Shown: one piece after another, positions 46,903 to 59,514 of the stretch
Numbering within the stretch: position 1 is the stretch's first letter
Layout: each line of letters begins with the position of its first letter
NCBI GenBank assembly: GCA_020137815.1
Contig: CM035358.1
Location: 6,324,001 to 6,388,000 of the forward strand
DNA length: 64,000 nucleotides
Direction: 5' to 3'
Source of the DNA: Hormiphora californensis
Taxonomy: Eukaryota > Animalia > Ctenophora
Position numbers and translations under genes: made by a program
The notes under the pieces: generated by a model
Databases searched by the model: none
Told to the model about the DNA's origin: nothing
The model's input: the letters and a program-made list of their open reading frames with translations, nothing else

Positions 46903-49900
46903 ATGTCCCAGAGCCTGTTTACTGATGATGAATGCGGTAATCTAGTCAATGAGTTCCTTGCGATCGATAAATCGGAGGTCTTGACCATCATCAGGGAGCC
47001 TTCGAAGAGGAAATACGAACTTCATTCACTTTACTACCAATTAATATGTTACATATCTCCGGGAATACCTTCCTCCCTTGAGCAATTGTCTGATGTCCCG
47101 TTGCTCGATATCCACAGCGATTGGCAGCCTGCTAATGGACAGCTTCCCTCCGTCGGGCGGCTCTTCGATTACATCAGGAATGTGTTATACATGATATCTG
47201 TTGAAGAAGTGGACTTCACCATATCAGACCTATTGAGACCCAAGAAAAGCAGAACTTTCAACAACATCTGCCAATTATTGAACTTCATTCTCTTTGACAA
47301 CTCCTGCAAGTAAGGACTTCTTCCCTATTTTAGTTAACCAAAACCAAAACTTATTTGTAATTGTTGTAACTATTTCAATTCACTATCTCAGTGAGAAACT
47401 ATAATCAATGCTCCCAGATCAGAAGAAGAGAGAAAGAATGAAGAGGTGAAGTACCTCCGTGACGTAGTAAAAGATGCAAGGAAATCTGAAAACATTGAAG
47501 ACGACATCACCAATAAAAACAAGCTTCTTCTTGACAAGGTTTCGATTGATACTAGTTATCACATGTATAAATTACAGTTACAGATATTGTTCTTAGATAT
47601 TAGTATTGAACTCTTACTTACTATTAATTACTATTGGTGTGATTACTGATTCAATTAATCACCCGTTGTTTTACTATGTGTCTAATCACTCATTCCTCCC
47701 CAGAAAAACACTGAATTAAGAATACTACTGACGGAGAAAGACGATCACTTTAAGTTGAATACTGATTATGTAAATGAGATAATGGATCTTAAAGCTACTG
47801 AAGACATGCTGGCTACGGATGCTGAACAGTTGAAAGACCAAGTTCGGAAAACCGCAATATATGTAAGACTTGTTTTGCCACAATCTGTTCTATAACAGAA
47901 ATTAGACTTCACACCATCTAACATTCCTACCAACATTATAATCCTTTCAACAGATTGACGAACGGTTGAGTGTGAAGCGTGCTGATCTTGAAAATCAGCG
48001 GTACGATCCTGGGATACCTCAGAAAATTGAGGTTTTGAAGAAGGAGGTTGACGAGTTATTGGAGGATGCTGGGTTTAGGAAGACCTCACGTGATACTAAG
48101 GCTGCTGGGGTTAGTGTAGACAATTAAATTGTTCTCTTTTGTGTACTTATTGACTAAGTCTTAGTGAATAAGTATTTGTATTAAATCATTTAAGTTATCT
48201 TTCTGTTTATAACTTGTCTACATCATTCCCCTCTGCAGGTTCAGACGTGTGCTAGTTTGGAAGAAAAGAATGGAGAATTAGAGCTCCTTCTCACAGCTGA
48301 ACGGGATATATCAGCTAGAAAACAGGACAGATACACTAGACTCCTCTCTCATAGGGTAAATTGTTTTAATCGATTAGGGTAAATTGTTTTAATCGATTAG
48401 ATAAATTGATTTAATATCTCTCTTGATAGGTGTAAGCGCTGTCTACAGCCCTCCGCTATCTGGCTCTATTGTACAGGGAAATTTATCTTTATATCTATAT
48501 TATGTGTGTCTATATCTACGCGTGTTTGTGTCCCTGTATTGTAGACCTTTTAGTTTGAAAATCAAAAATCAGAGGCGCCACACAATCAGATGATCATTGA
48601 CATTGATTGATCTTCTTTGTCCTAACTCCTCATTTAGCTTTCTTAACTCCCCCCTCCCAACAGAAACACAACCAGAGCCATGCCACTGAGTTAGCTGGTA
48701 TAATCCAGAAGAAGAAGGTTCTAGAACAGCAGGAAGAAGACGACCAGAAGAAGGCTAACATATTTAATGTGAAACAAAAGAAAATGGACAGTCTGGTTAG
48801 TTTGATTGAATCGTCCTTTGAGTGTTCTTAAACCTCATCATAAAATCAGGGCATGGTGGGAGATGGTCGAGCTGAGTTCTCTGTGGTTGTCGACAACCAC
48901 AGTGTACTCGAGAGACAATTGTCTCAAATGAGGCTCTCTTCTATCTGGGGTATGGCGGCAATGCAACTAACACCCCATTTCTTTAACAGAAAGAAGAGAG
49001 TTTGAAGGATGGTGAGAGGCGTTTAAAGGAGTTGAGAGAGAAGGTTGAAATGTTGGGCCTCCAGCACACCACGTGGATGACATTGCTAAACCAGAGGGAG
49101 CAAATGAGCAAAGCTGTAGCGGAACTGGGGAAAACAGACAGCTCATTTACTACTCTAATTGGTACTTAACCCTGAAATTCACTCTTCCAATACACTCCCT
49201 TTCAATTCGATTTCTCTGTACTGTCTCCGCCATTGGTCGAACGATATAACTAAAAATTAGGTCCTCAACATCACCCTATGTTCCCTATCGTCATCTCCAC
49301 TCTCCCCATTTCTCAGGTGATGTCGACAGGTTTATCGAGGCTGGCATGGCACCATTTGAGTGTCTTGTTGTAACGCTATCCAATATCGAGAAAAGTGAGG
49401 ATCTACTGCACCGTATTATAAACGGACGTTTAGAGGGCATCTCACGGGTCCTACTGCAGACAACTGAGTTGATCCCATCGAAACTCCTCAAACCTTATGC
49501 AAGTAAGTTTTCGATCTTGGTAGACCCCCCTTTCTGCGCCCCGTGGATTAACAATAATTATTTTACATTTTTAGCCAACCAAGAACCCAGTTCGACAAAG
49601 TTAAAATCAAACTAACACACACACACCTCTTCCAGAGAAGGACCACTTTGATCGCACCAAACTGGACCGGATATGTAACCTTGCCCAGATGTTCGCCTCC
49701 AAGTTCAAGTTGATATGCGACACCTTCAAATTGGGTCAGATATCTGATACGGGGGCTGTTATTTCGATAGTGCAGCAGCTGGTAGATGAAGTGGATTCTG
49801 AGAAGGAGACACTGGATTCCCCGACTTATCAGGCCCTTCATGGCCCTCTTGTAGATCTGATGAAACAACTTGGGGAGATTAGGAAAGAGAAAGTTGATTT

Positions 49901-52900
49901 GGATGCGATTTCAGAGTTACCGAGTCTACATTTTGGTCGTTTTGAGGATAATATGATAGGTAAGGTCACGTCTAAACTTACTTCAGATGTTGTCAGTTGT
50001 CAATAGACAATACATACCTTTGATTATTATAACATGTTAGATGTACCTTTATTACTCGATTATTTTAACATGGTTTAACTCATTACTCATGTTTTAACAT
50101 GTTTTAACATTTGTTTTCCAGAGGATGATGACCTATACAAGATGTTGGTAGGCGTGCCGAGGAAACTGCAAGTTACTAAACGAGAACTAGCTACCAATGA
50201 ATGTAAGTTTACACTGATGTTGTAATTATTATTACTGTAGGGGGCAGCTACAAGAATATCATCCTGTAAAAACTATTAGGTTTCGTCATGTTTTCCGGCT
50301 GTTTTAAGAACCGTTTAGTTTAGTGTGAGATTTCTAAGGTAGGGATTTTAAAAAACGCAGCCAACCTTCAACCTGCTAGCAACTAGTAGTATGAATCAGA
50401 ACTAAAGTTGTGTAGTTCAGATGATATTGCTAGGAAAGTAGTCCTCACTGTTTTCCTCTCTAACCTACGAAGTAGCTCTAACCCTCCCTTTACATTTGTG
50501 TTTCGGGGGCGGGGCGTGCAAAACACAGTCTAGCTAGACAACCTACCAGGCGTTCTGTATACCGCCACTTCAGCAATATTCATAACAAGGTACGACTCAT
50601 CTGCCTTTTCCGAATCTTCCAACTTAACATAAGATGCTAACTGCGAAGAGTCACAAGGCAGCGTGTAGGTTTGGGATGTGACATCCTTTCGGTTCTCTGT
50701 ATTGACTTTCGTTATCTTGCCGCAGTCAGCAATCTGTGTCGTACCATCAGCATCGTACAAATACACATGGGTACCAAGTAACCGCTGAGTTACCAATATG
50801 CCACCATTAACCCTGGAAATAGTATGAAAAGTTAAAAATTCTCTAGACTCTACGACTTCGTTATCTCACTACGCTATATCGCTCCTACCTGTTAACTATG
50901 ACAACTCGTGATACCAAAGCAGGTTTTTCCAATTGTAGTTTCAACCATTGTGGCAATGTTGACTTCGAAAAGCTGTGGTACATTGTGCTAGAGTTACCGT
51001 CTACAGCTAACCCAGGTTTGCGAGATGATCTTGCCGTTTTTGCTGTTGCACTGGAAATCGGCAGGAGTAGACCATCTGGAGTTGATGGAGTAACTTCCAG
51101 TAGCCCTAAAAATATCAGAAGCAGCAGAAACATTTTGAAAGCAACGAGAGGGTGGGAGAGTGATCTGTTAAGTGCTTGACGTCTCGGGCAGTCTTGAAAA
51201 GGAGATAGAGAGGTTGAGATACAATTTTCTTATTGGTTGAGCGACTGAATGGAGGAACACGTACTATCGCTTAAATGTTTTATCAGCATGTTCCTCATTA
51301 TCTCTTTATCTCCTCATTATCAGGGGCTGGTAGTGAGACCGCAGAATCTGCTGTGTGCTCCGCACAAAAGACTAGCAAATTTGAGTGAGTTGTACGGAAA
51401 AGCGTGCTGAGAAAGCAAATAACGGAATTTTTCCAAATTTTTTTCACTGTGGCATTCACAAAGCCGCCACCTACAGCCCAGTGAAAACCCGGTTGAAAAC
51501 GGTTATTTACAAGCTTTGCAGTGATCAAAACCGTGAACAACTTCGTTTTTCAGATTTCTCCAGTTTTGGGAGGGTAGGGCTCTTTACGAGACTATTACTC
51601 AAAATTGAGATAAAAAATCGAAAAAAATCGTCAAGTGTGTATCTCAAAATTGTCCATTCTATCGATTCCCGGGTTGTTTGGGACTCCTAGGACAACCGTC
51701 TAGGGTGCAACCTCCAAAAACTTTGAAAAAGCCGGTTTTTTTGCTCCCGGAAAATTCTGCGGTCTCACTTGAAGTCACGTGATCTAGGGCAAGTGAGAGC
51801 TTGGCACCGTGTCATGATTAGGCGAATAAGTGAGACCGCAGAATCAGTTTTGCATGTAAACGTATGTATCTCTCTCCCTCCCCTTCGTCTAGAACCCATT
51901 CTCACTTCTTGAGTGTGGAGTTACACACACGAGAGGGGGGACCATCTACCAAGTCGTTTTGTTCAGGGCACATCACCCTGTAGTGAGAAATCTCGGGGGG
52001 CAATTCACCACTGGTTCCAATATGACCCTAATGTTACCCCAAATCACATCCTAAAAGTCTACGACTCTACGACCACCAGATGACCTTCATAATTGGGCTT
52101 AATTGGGTATAATAGGGTTCTGCCATATCTCCGTTTAGAAACTTCGTAGAGAGGCCTAACTAGGCTCAAACTGTTCTAAATATTATTGAAAACTTTTTAC
52201 TTAGTAACTCTAAGCTCTAAAATGCATAGTTTTGGCTTAATTGGGCTTAATTGGGTCAAAATTTACCTTAATTGAGTTACCTTTAAAACCAGTCCAGGCA
52301 CATCATAGAGATTTCAAACCAGCTATTTCGAAGCAGAATAAGCATGTTTAGCACTATGTGGTCAAAACGCGCATTTGTCCGATAGGAATCCTCCGTTTTG
52401 AGGGGTTTTGCGCGATTTTGTTAGGTGCTTTCAGGGAGCGTGCACGCTTGCGTGTGTTGTCAAACACCCTGGAAATTGTGTAGCAGTTGTAGGTAATCGT
52501 CTAACGATCATTTTGCTACCCATAACTTGGCTGAAAATGCGGCAGGTTTTGGACAGCACGGCATCAAAGTTCGTCCTATAGCCCAAAAACTGGCTTCTGT
52601 TCAAAGCGCAACCTAAATTTTGGTATCAAAAGAAAGCTAGGGGGCTAGAGATTACTATGCAACCTTTCCATCGCAACCGGTCCGATGCGGTCATGTATTA
52701 AATGCGACATTTATGCTAAAAAAGCCCTTGTCAGCGCTGGTTTTACACGTAAAAACGCGCAACGAGGTTGGATCTTGGTCAAAATTGAGCCTCTACTGCG
52801 CGTTTTCTATCAAAATCACTAGATCTCGCGAGCCTATCGGACATGACCACATAGTGTTTAGGGGGGTCATCGGGGGGGGGGGGGGGGGGATTTTTGCTCT

Positions 52901-55900
52901 ATCTCTACCCAATTTCCCGTAATTGGCCAATTAAGAATTTGTTGAGTTCTACTAGGTAAATTGTGACATGGACGGCCTAGAGACACAAATGAGGCCATTA
53001 AAAAAGCTAGAAACCGTGGGTTAGTGGGGGTAGAGCACTAAATCGAGGGCCTATAATCATTAGTTAAGGAGTTAATTGGCTAATTAGACCCACACGCACT
53101 ATATTTCAGGATTTTGAAGAAATATAACCCTCCAACCCGCCTAGCAACCACTCAGGGTGCCTTATAAGTCGTCCAGGACATCTTAAAATCCACCCAGCCC
53201 TCTCAGATGCCTCCTATACACCGCAATTGCAACGTACTCCCAGGAAGTACCAGATACCCCATAGACACGCTTAGATACTAAACAGGTCCTCCAAATATTC
53301 ATTCTAAACCTTCTTATTAGATAACTCGACCAAAACGCGGAGTTTTTACGTCAGCCGACCCGAAACCTGATTAAATTTTGCCACCCGCTGGTCTCAGGGC
53401 CTCCAAATATGCCAAAATATGTCTGAATTGTCATTTGGGGTCATTTAGACCTTTTAATTACATGTAATTACCCTTTAATTATATGTAATTACATTTTAAT
53501 TACATGTAATTACTTCCAATTACATTCCAATTACTTCAGCACCTCGAGAGCTTTCGAAGGCACCCTAGAACACCTTTCTACTCCTTCTAATTGCCGAGTT
53601 CTGTATACCCCTTATTTTGACTGTTTTTCGCGTCCTACCCCTTATAGGTTTGGGTATGGCCATCGCCACACCCCCTATACGTCGCGGGACCTCGAGACCT
53701 TTCCAACGAGCCATAGAACACCTCTCTACGACTTCAGGGGGCTTCAAAACTTTCACTCTAAAAATATCTATGGTTTATGGTTTATGGTTTTATCTCGACC
53801 AAAACGCGGAGTTTTTACGTCAGCCGACCCGAAACCGGATTAAATTTGGCCACCCGCTGGTCTCAGGGCCTCCAAATATGTCAAAATATGTTTAAATTAT
53901 CATTTGGGGTCATTTAGACCTTTTAATTACATGTAATTACCCTTTAATTACATGTAATTACATTTTAATTACATGTAATTACTTCCAATTACATTCCAAT
54001 TACTTCAGTACCTCGAGAGCTTTCGAACGCACCCTAGAACACCTTTCTACTCCTTCTAATTGCCGAGTTCTGTATACCCCTTATTTTGACTGTTTTTCGC
54101 GTCCTACCCCTTATGGGTTTGGGCACACCCATCGCCACACCCCCTATACGTCGCGGGACCTCGAGACCTTTCCAACGAGCCATAGAACACCTCTCTACTA
54201 CTTCAGGGGGCTTCAAAACTTTCACTCTAAAAATATCTATGGTTATGGTTTTATGGTTTATGGTTATGGTTTTTTTTTCATCTGGTATTAAGGGCCTGTC
54301 GGCTCGGCCCCGTTGTTTTAGTTTTAGGGGGGATGTTTTAGGGGGGATGGGTTGAGTTTGGGTTATATTCGGGTCGGGGGGCCTTGCCAGGCCCCGAATG
54401 GTTTTTTTTCATCTGGTATTAAGGGCCTGTCGGCTCGGCCCCATTGTTGTAGGGGGGATGGGTTGAGTTTGGGTTATATTCGGGTCGGGGGGCCTTGCCA
54501 GGCCCCGAATACAGTCGGATTTAGTGAACAAAACCCTTTCCCCCAAGGATGCCACTAAATCGGGGTCCGACTGTATATCCACTTAGCAATCTTAGCAGTC
54601 TTATAACTTTTCAAGGGGCTCCCAAAACACCAGCCCATTTCAGATATATCTTCTAGACACCGCAATGTTCTTGCTCAGGACTCAGGTCATTCACTGAGAG
54701 GGCTGGGTGGATTTTAAGATGTCCTGGACGACTTATAAGGCACCCTGAGTGGTTGCTAGGCGGGTTGGAGGGTTATATTTCTTCAAAATCCTGAAATATA
54801 GTGCGTGTGGGTCTAATTAGCCAATTAACTCCTTAACTAATGATTATAGGCCCTCGATTTAGTGCTCTACCCCCACTAACCCACGGTTTCTAGCTTTTTT
54901 AATGGCCTCATTTGTGTCTCTAGGCCGTCCATGTCACAATTTACCTAGTAGAACTCAACAAATTCTTAATTGGCCAATTACGGGAAATTGGGTAGAGATA
55001 GAGCAAAAATCCCCCCCCCCCGATGACCCCCCTAAACATGCTTATTCTGCTTCGAAATAGCTGGTTTGAAATCTCTATGATGTGCCTGGACTGGTTTTAA
55101 AGGTAACTCAATTAAGGTAAATTTTGACCCAATTAAGCCCAATTAAGCCAAAACTATGCATTTTAGAGCTTAGAGTTACTAAGTAAAAAGTTTTCAATAA
55201 TATTTAGAACAGTTTGAGCCTAGTTAGGCCTCTCTACGAAGTTTCTAAACGGAGATATGGCAGAACCCTATTATACCCAATTAAGCCCAATTATGAAGGT
55301 CATCTGGTGGTCGTAGAGTCGTAGACTTTTAGGATGTGATTTGGGGTAACATTAGGGTCATATTGGAACCAGTGGTGAATTGCCCCCCGAGATTTCTCAC
55401 TACAGGGTGATGTGCCCTGAACAAAACGACTTGGTAGATGGTCCCCCCCCCCCTCTCGTGTGTGTAACTCCACACTCAAGAAGTGAGAATGGGTTCTAGA
55501 CGAAGGGGAGGGAGAGAGATACATACGTTTACATGCAAAACTGATTCTGCGGTCTCACTTATTCGCCTAATCATGACACGGTGCCAAGCTCTCACTTGCC
55601 CTAGATCACGTGACTTCAAGTGAGACCGCAGAATTTTCCGGAGGCAAAAAAACCGGCTTTTTCAAAGTTTTTGGAGGTTGCACCCTAGACGGTTGTCCTA
55701 GGAGTCCCAAACAACCCGGGAATCGATAGAATGGACAATTTTGAGATACACACTTGACGATTTTTTTCGATTTTTTATCTCAATTTTGAGTAATAGTCTC
55801 GTAAAGAGCCCTACCCTCCCAAAACTGGAGAAATCTGAAAAACGAAGTTGTTCACGGTTTTGATCACTGCAAAGCTTGTAAATAACCGTTTTCCACCGGG

Positions 55901-58900
55901 TTTTCACTGGGCTGTAGGTGGCGGCTTTGTGAATGCCACAGTGAAAAAAATTTGGAAAAATTCCGTTATTTGCTTTCTCAGCACGCTTTTCCGTACAACT
56001 CACTCAAATTTGCTAGTCTTTTGTGCGGAGCACACAGCAGATTCTGCGGTCTCACTACCAGCCCCTGATTATCTCTTCTCTCCCTAGGCATCTGGCATAG
56101 GTTAAATCAGAAAATTCATTATCTGTGTAAAATTTTCAATCCTAACCTAGCTGCCCCCCCCCCCCCCCCACAACTAAAGGACGGATTTATACTACTAGTA
56201 GTAATTTACTAGTATACCTCTATAGATCTGTCCCTGTTTACTTTTAGTAACGAACAAGTAGTTACTAGTAGTAACAGACTTGGTCATAAATTGTTAACCC
56301 CTCTTAACATTTTACTATTTCCTAGTTTCAATCAAGTGGCTAAGTACAGTGGTGAAGGCATTTGATAGTTTTGTCAAGCATGGGATAACGGAACACGGGC
56401 TCAACAATGCTAAAGTGCTCTGGGGTAAGTCATTACAATTGGTGATAACTAATCAGAATTCAGAACTCGTTATTTAGGTCACGTGACTGGTTATCAGCCA
56501 ATCAGGGATCAGTGCAGTATTTCCTGAATCGGTCGGTTCCTAGTGACAACTTTTCATGAACTGTGTTAATAGTGCTCATTTTGATGTAAATTGTTATGGT
56601 TCCCTTTTTCAGGTTACGCCCTCAAAGTGTGCCTATCTGAACTGGATAAAAGGGACCAGTTAAGGAAGGAGCAAGAGGAAGAAAGGATACGATTGGCCGA
56701 GGAAAAACGAAAAGAAGAAGAAAGGCTGGCCGAAGAGAAGAAAAAGGAGGAGGAACGGGTAGCTGAAGAAGCAAGAATAGAAAAAGAGAGGATAGCGGAA
56801 GAAAAAAGAAAGGAAGAAGAGAGACTAGCAGAAGAAGCACGGCTGGAAGAAGAGAGGCTTGAAGAAGAAAAAAGAAAGGAAGATGATAGACTTGCGGAAG
56901 AAGCGCGAAAGGAAGAAGAGAAGAAAGCGGAAGAAGAGCGATTGGCCAAAGAACAGAGGCAAGAAGATGAACGAAAACGTGCAGAAGAAGAGAAAATAGC
57001 TGAAGAAACGTCTGCTAAAGAACCGGAAGAATCTGAAGAGGCTGAAGATGGCAAGATGAACTCATCAGATGTAATTCGAAAGCGCCAGATTCGTCGACAA
57101 ACATACTGCGTAGCCCCACCTAATAAGTTTAGACGGCTATCAGAAGATGGGGAAAGAACTCCAGGAACCCCTGAGGAACAGAGAAGAGATGGAACATACA
57201 CCAAAGAAGAGGACCCACCTGTAAACCTCACCTACTCAGTTGAGAAATCCAAACCGTTACGGGAAAACAAAACATTCACGGTGAATAAAACTAGGCTGTC
57301 CGGCGGCGATTCTGAGATAAGTTTCACTCCCGAGGTCGTCGTGGGTAAGAGTAGTCGCGCTGCTGCTCACCGGGGAGTCCCTGCTCCCATCTTCTCCACA
57401 CCTACAAACTGCATCAAAAACTCCACCCGACGATCCTCTCTTGTGTTCACTCCAGAGCTACTGAAGAGCGCTAAACGGCCCTCTGCCATTCCAATGGGAA
57501 AGGCTATAAACGAGAAGATATTGCGGCGACTGAGTGCAACATATAACGGTAATGTAGATGCAAACACTCCCAGGAGGAGACGAAAATCGTCCAACAACAA
57601 CAACAGTCTGCTGCTGTCTCCTTACGTTGCCATGGTGAGGGAGAAAGATGTGGCAGAACGGACTGCTCTCCTCCAAACACCACACAAGGTGGCAGTAGCA
57701 CTCCTCCAAACACCACACAGGATCAGGGAGGAAGAGGAGGTCCAGTCTCACGATAGTGCCTGGCAAACAACCCAATCGACAATAAACTTCCACTCAAAAA
57801 CAGAGATTTCCCTAGATTTCTCACATAGTGCATCATCACTAGCGGATAAAGGAGAGAGCTTCTTCACACCCTGTGTCCCGAGAATGAGGCATGCCAGAGC
57901 GTTCCTGACCCCAGGACCTGGTGATGAACTCGATTTTAACGAGAGCTCTCCCGAGAGTGCGGGTAAAAGTGAGCCAACCATCACCCACGTCCCAACTCCT
58001 GTTCCAACACCAGTAAAAAGTGAGGAAGGACCGTGTGCTAAGGATGAGATATCGATCATGTTGGAGAAGAGCATGGTACTAGACAAGACAAGGGTTGCGA
58101 ATGTAACACAACTTGCTGATGATGGTTCAGAGGAAGTGACAATGGAAACTGCAAAATATGAACAGGAAGACAAAGAAGAGATCGCCCCAGTGGCTACAAT
58201 GGTTGAAAGTGAAATTGACAAAGAGGAAGGTACCATGCCTGAAGTTGCAGCCACAGTGGAGGGTACAGTGATGGTTGACAGTGAGACACAAGTATCCCGT
58301 ATTGATTGTGAGACACAGACCACCAGAATAGAGCTCAGGGAGGATGGGAAGTGTACTGCAGTGGTGGGGGATAAGATGTTGACCGATGTTACTGTCGTGG
58401 AGGAGCATGTTACCACACCAGATGAAGAGAGAGCAGGGACAACCGAAGAAGAGAGAGGGGGGACAACAGAAGAAGAGAGAGGAGGGACAACAGAAGAGAC
58501 AGCAACAAAGGACCAGGAGAGCCAGGAAGCATGTGAAGAGGAGGAGGTTATGTCTGTTGAAGACACAGCAGCAGCAGTAGATGACATACCACCAGAATCA
58601 CAGGATCAGGCTCCTTCTGAAGAAGCCATGTCCCAAGATGATGATGAACCAGCCCCTCCTCCAACATGTGGTGACGTCACAGAGCATGACGTCACAGATC
58701 AACAGAATGACGTCACAGGTCAGCAGGCTCCAGGAATGTGTACCCAGGAGGATACCATGATGTTGCACTGTGTCTCAGCAGGTGGTGGTGGAGTCCTCTC
58801 AGCAACAATCGAGATGAACCCTTTGGAACAATCTACCCCTGTTCTCGTTGTAGGGAAATCTGAATCTGCCAAGGGAGCTGAAGCTGCTGGTACGAAACAA

Positions 58901-59113
58901 CCAAAGTTGGTGGAGAAAAAGGAGGAGGAAGTCAAGAAAGAGGTAGAGAAAAAGAAGGAGGAAGTCAAGACGAAGAAGGGTAATGAAGCCAAGAAGGAGA
59001 AGAAGAAGGATGGTGGGTATAAGGTATTTGTTTACGGACCCACCTGGCATGAGGCACTCCGGGGTAGGGAAAACTTTGCAGCGAGCTTCACTCTTGAGCG
59101 GAGATTGAAATAA
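46903..59113 (+). CDS. NUF2: NUF2 kinetochore protein homolog with a very long C-terminal extension, ~1,484 aa. Exons 46903-47309, 47418-47538, 47704-47862, 47954-48109, 48239-48355, 48664-48795, 48990-49161, 49317-49502, 49636-49959, 50122-50202, 56326-56424, 56613-59113
   Basis: CH-domain signature DFTISDLLRPKKSRT...LLNFILF (cf. NUF2 DF..D.L.PK..RT..FLS.IINF.F), followed by coiled-coil exons. All 11 introns are GT-AG and phase-consistent with no internal stop. Confidence 0.7.
50530..51133 (-). CDS. Small secreted F-type lectin / F5/8 type C-like protein nested antisense in NUF2 intron 10. Exons ~50888-51133 and ~50530/50547-50813
   Basis: Signal peptide MFLLLLIFLGLLEV; LAVDGN..YHS..QWLKLQL..VSRVVIVNR..QRL..CG..Y.LPC..YVKL..MNIAEVAVY. 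Confidence 0.8.
53325..54262. repeat. Two ~469-bp direct tandem repeats inside the foldback element
   Basis: CTCGACCAAAACGCGGAG begins at 53325 and at 53794; downstream sequence near-identical. Confidence 0.9.
54512..54573. mobile_element. Short Tc1/pogo-like MITE remnant
   Basis: TA|CAGTCGGA...TCCGACTG|TA; related sequence at ~30547-30630. Confidence 0.55.
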
Positions 59114-59514
59114 ATCGGACACTTTTAAGATTTTGTTGTTTCCCAATGTTATTATTATCTTTTTAATATTATATACTTTTCTGTGCTACGTATGAATTAC
59201 ATACAGAGAGTTGTGAACATTGTATTCCCATTATGTATAATTCCAATATTGATATTTTCATAATTACACATTTTCCAACTTATAAACGACATGTATTTTT
59301 GCTACTCATTTCATTTAGTGTTTAGTGAGTGCTTAGGATTTTGTACCAGAAGAACAATCCAACACATCTTGCCTTCATTTTTTTCTTGCCCTCGAGTGAA
59401 TTGCTGGAATATCCAATCCTTAAATAAATAGCAATTATCCCAGTGTAAAGATCCCCAACTAACAAGGTCCCTCATATGATCCATAATTAACAACCCCACT
59501 TCTGATCGCTAGCT

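Larger units (their letters stand above)
51321..56067. mobile_element. 4.75-kb non-autonomous foldback DNA transposon with kb-scale TIRs
   Basis: CAGGGGCTGGTAGTGAGACCGCAGAAT termini; arms 51321-53206 and 54694-56067 near-identical in inverted orientation; ATTAT duplicated on both flanks. Confidence 0.9.

Noticed and set aside
51385-56003. Duplicated 101-aa and 63-aa ORFs (51385/55698, 53565/54034)
   Set aside because: By-products of the inverted and direct repeats of the foldback element; no transposase motifs
56614-58587. Long Ser-rich antisense ORFs (also 40450-41544, 35461-35928, 37236-38045)
   Set aside because: Shadow frames of low-complexity sense-strand coding regions
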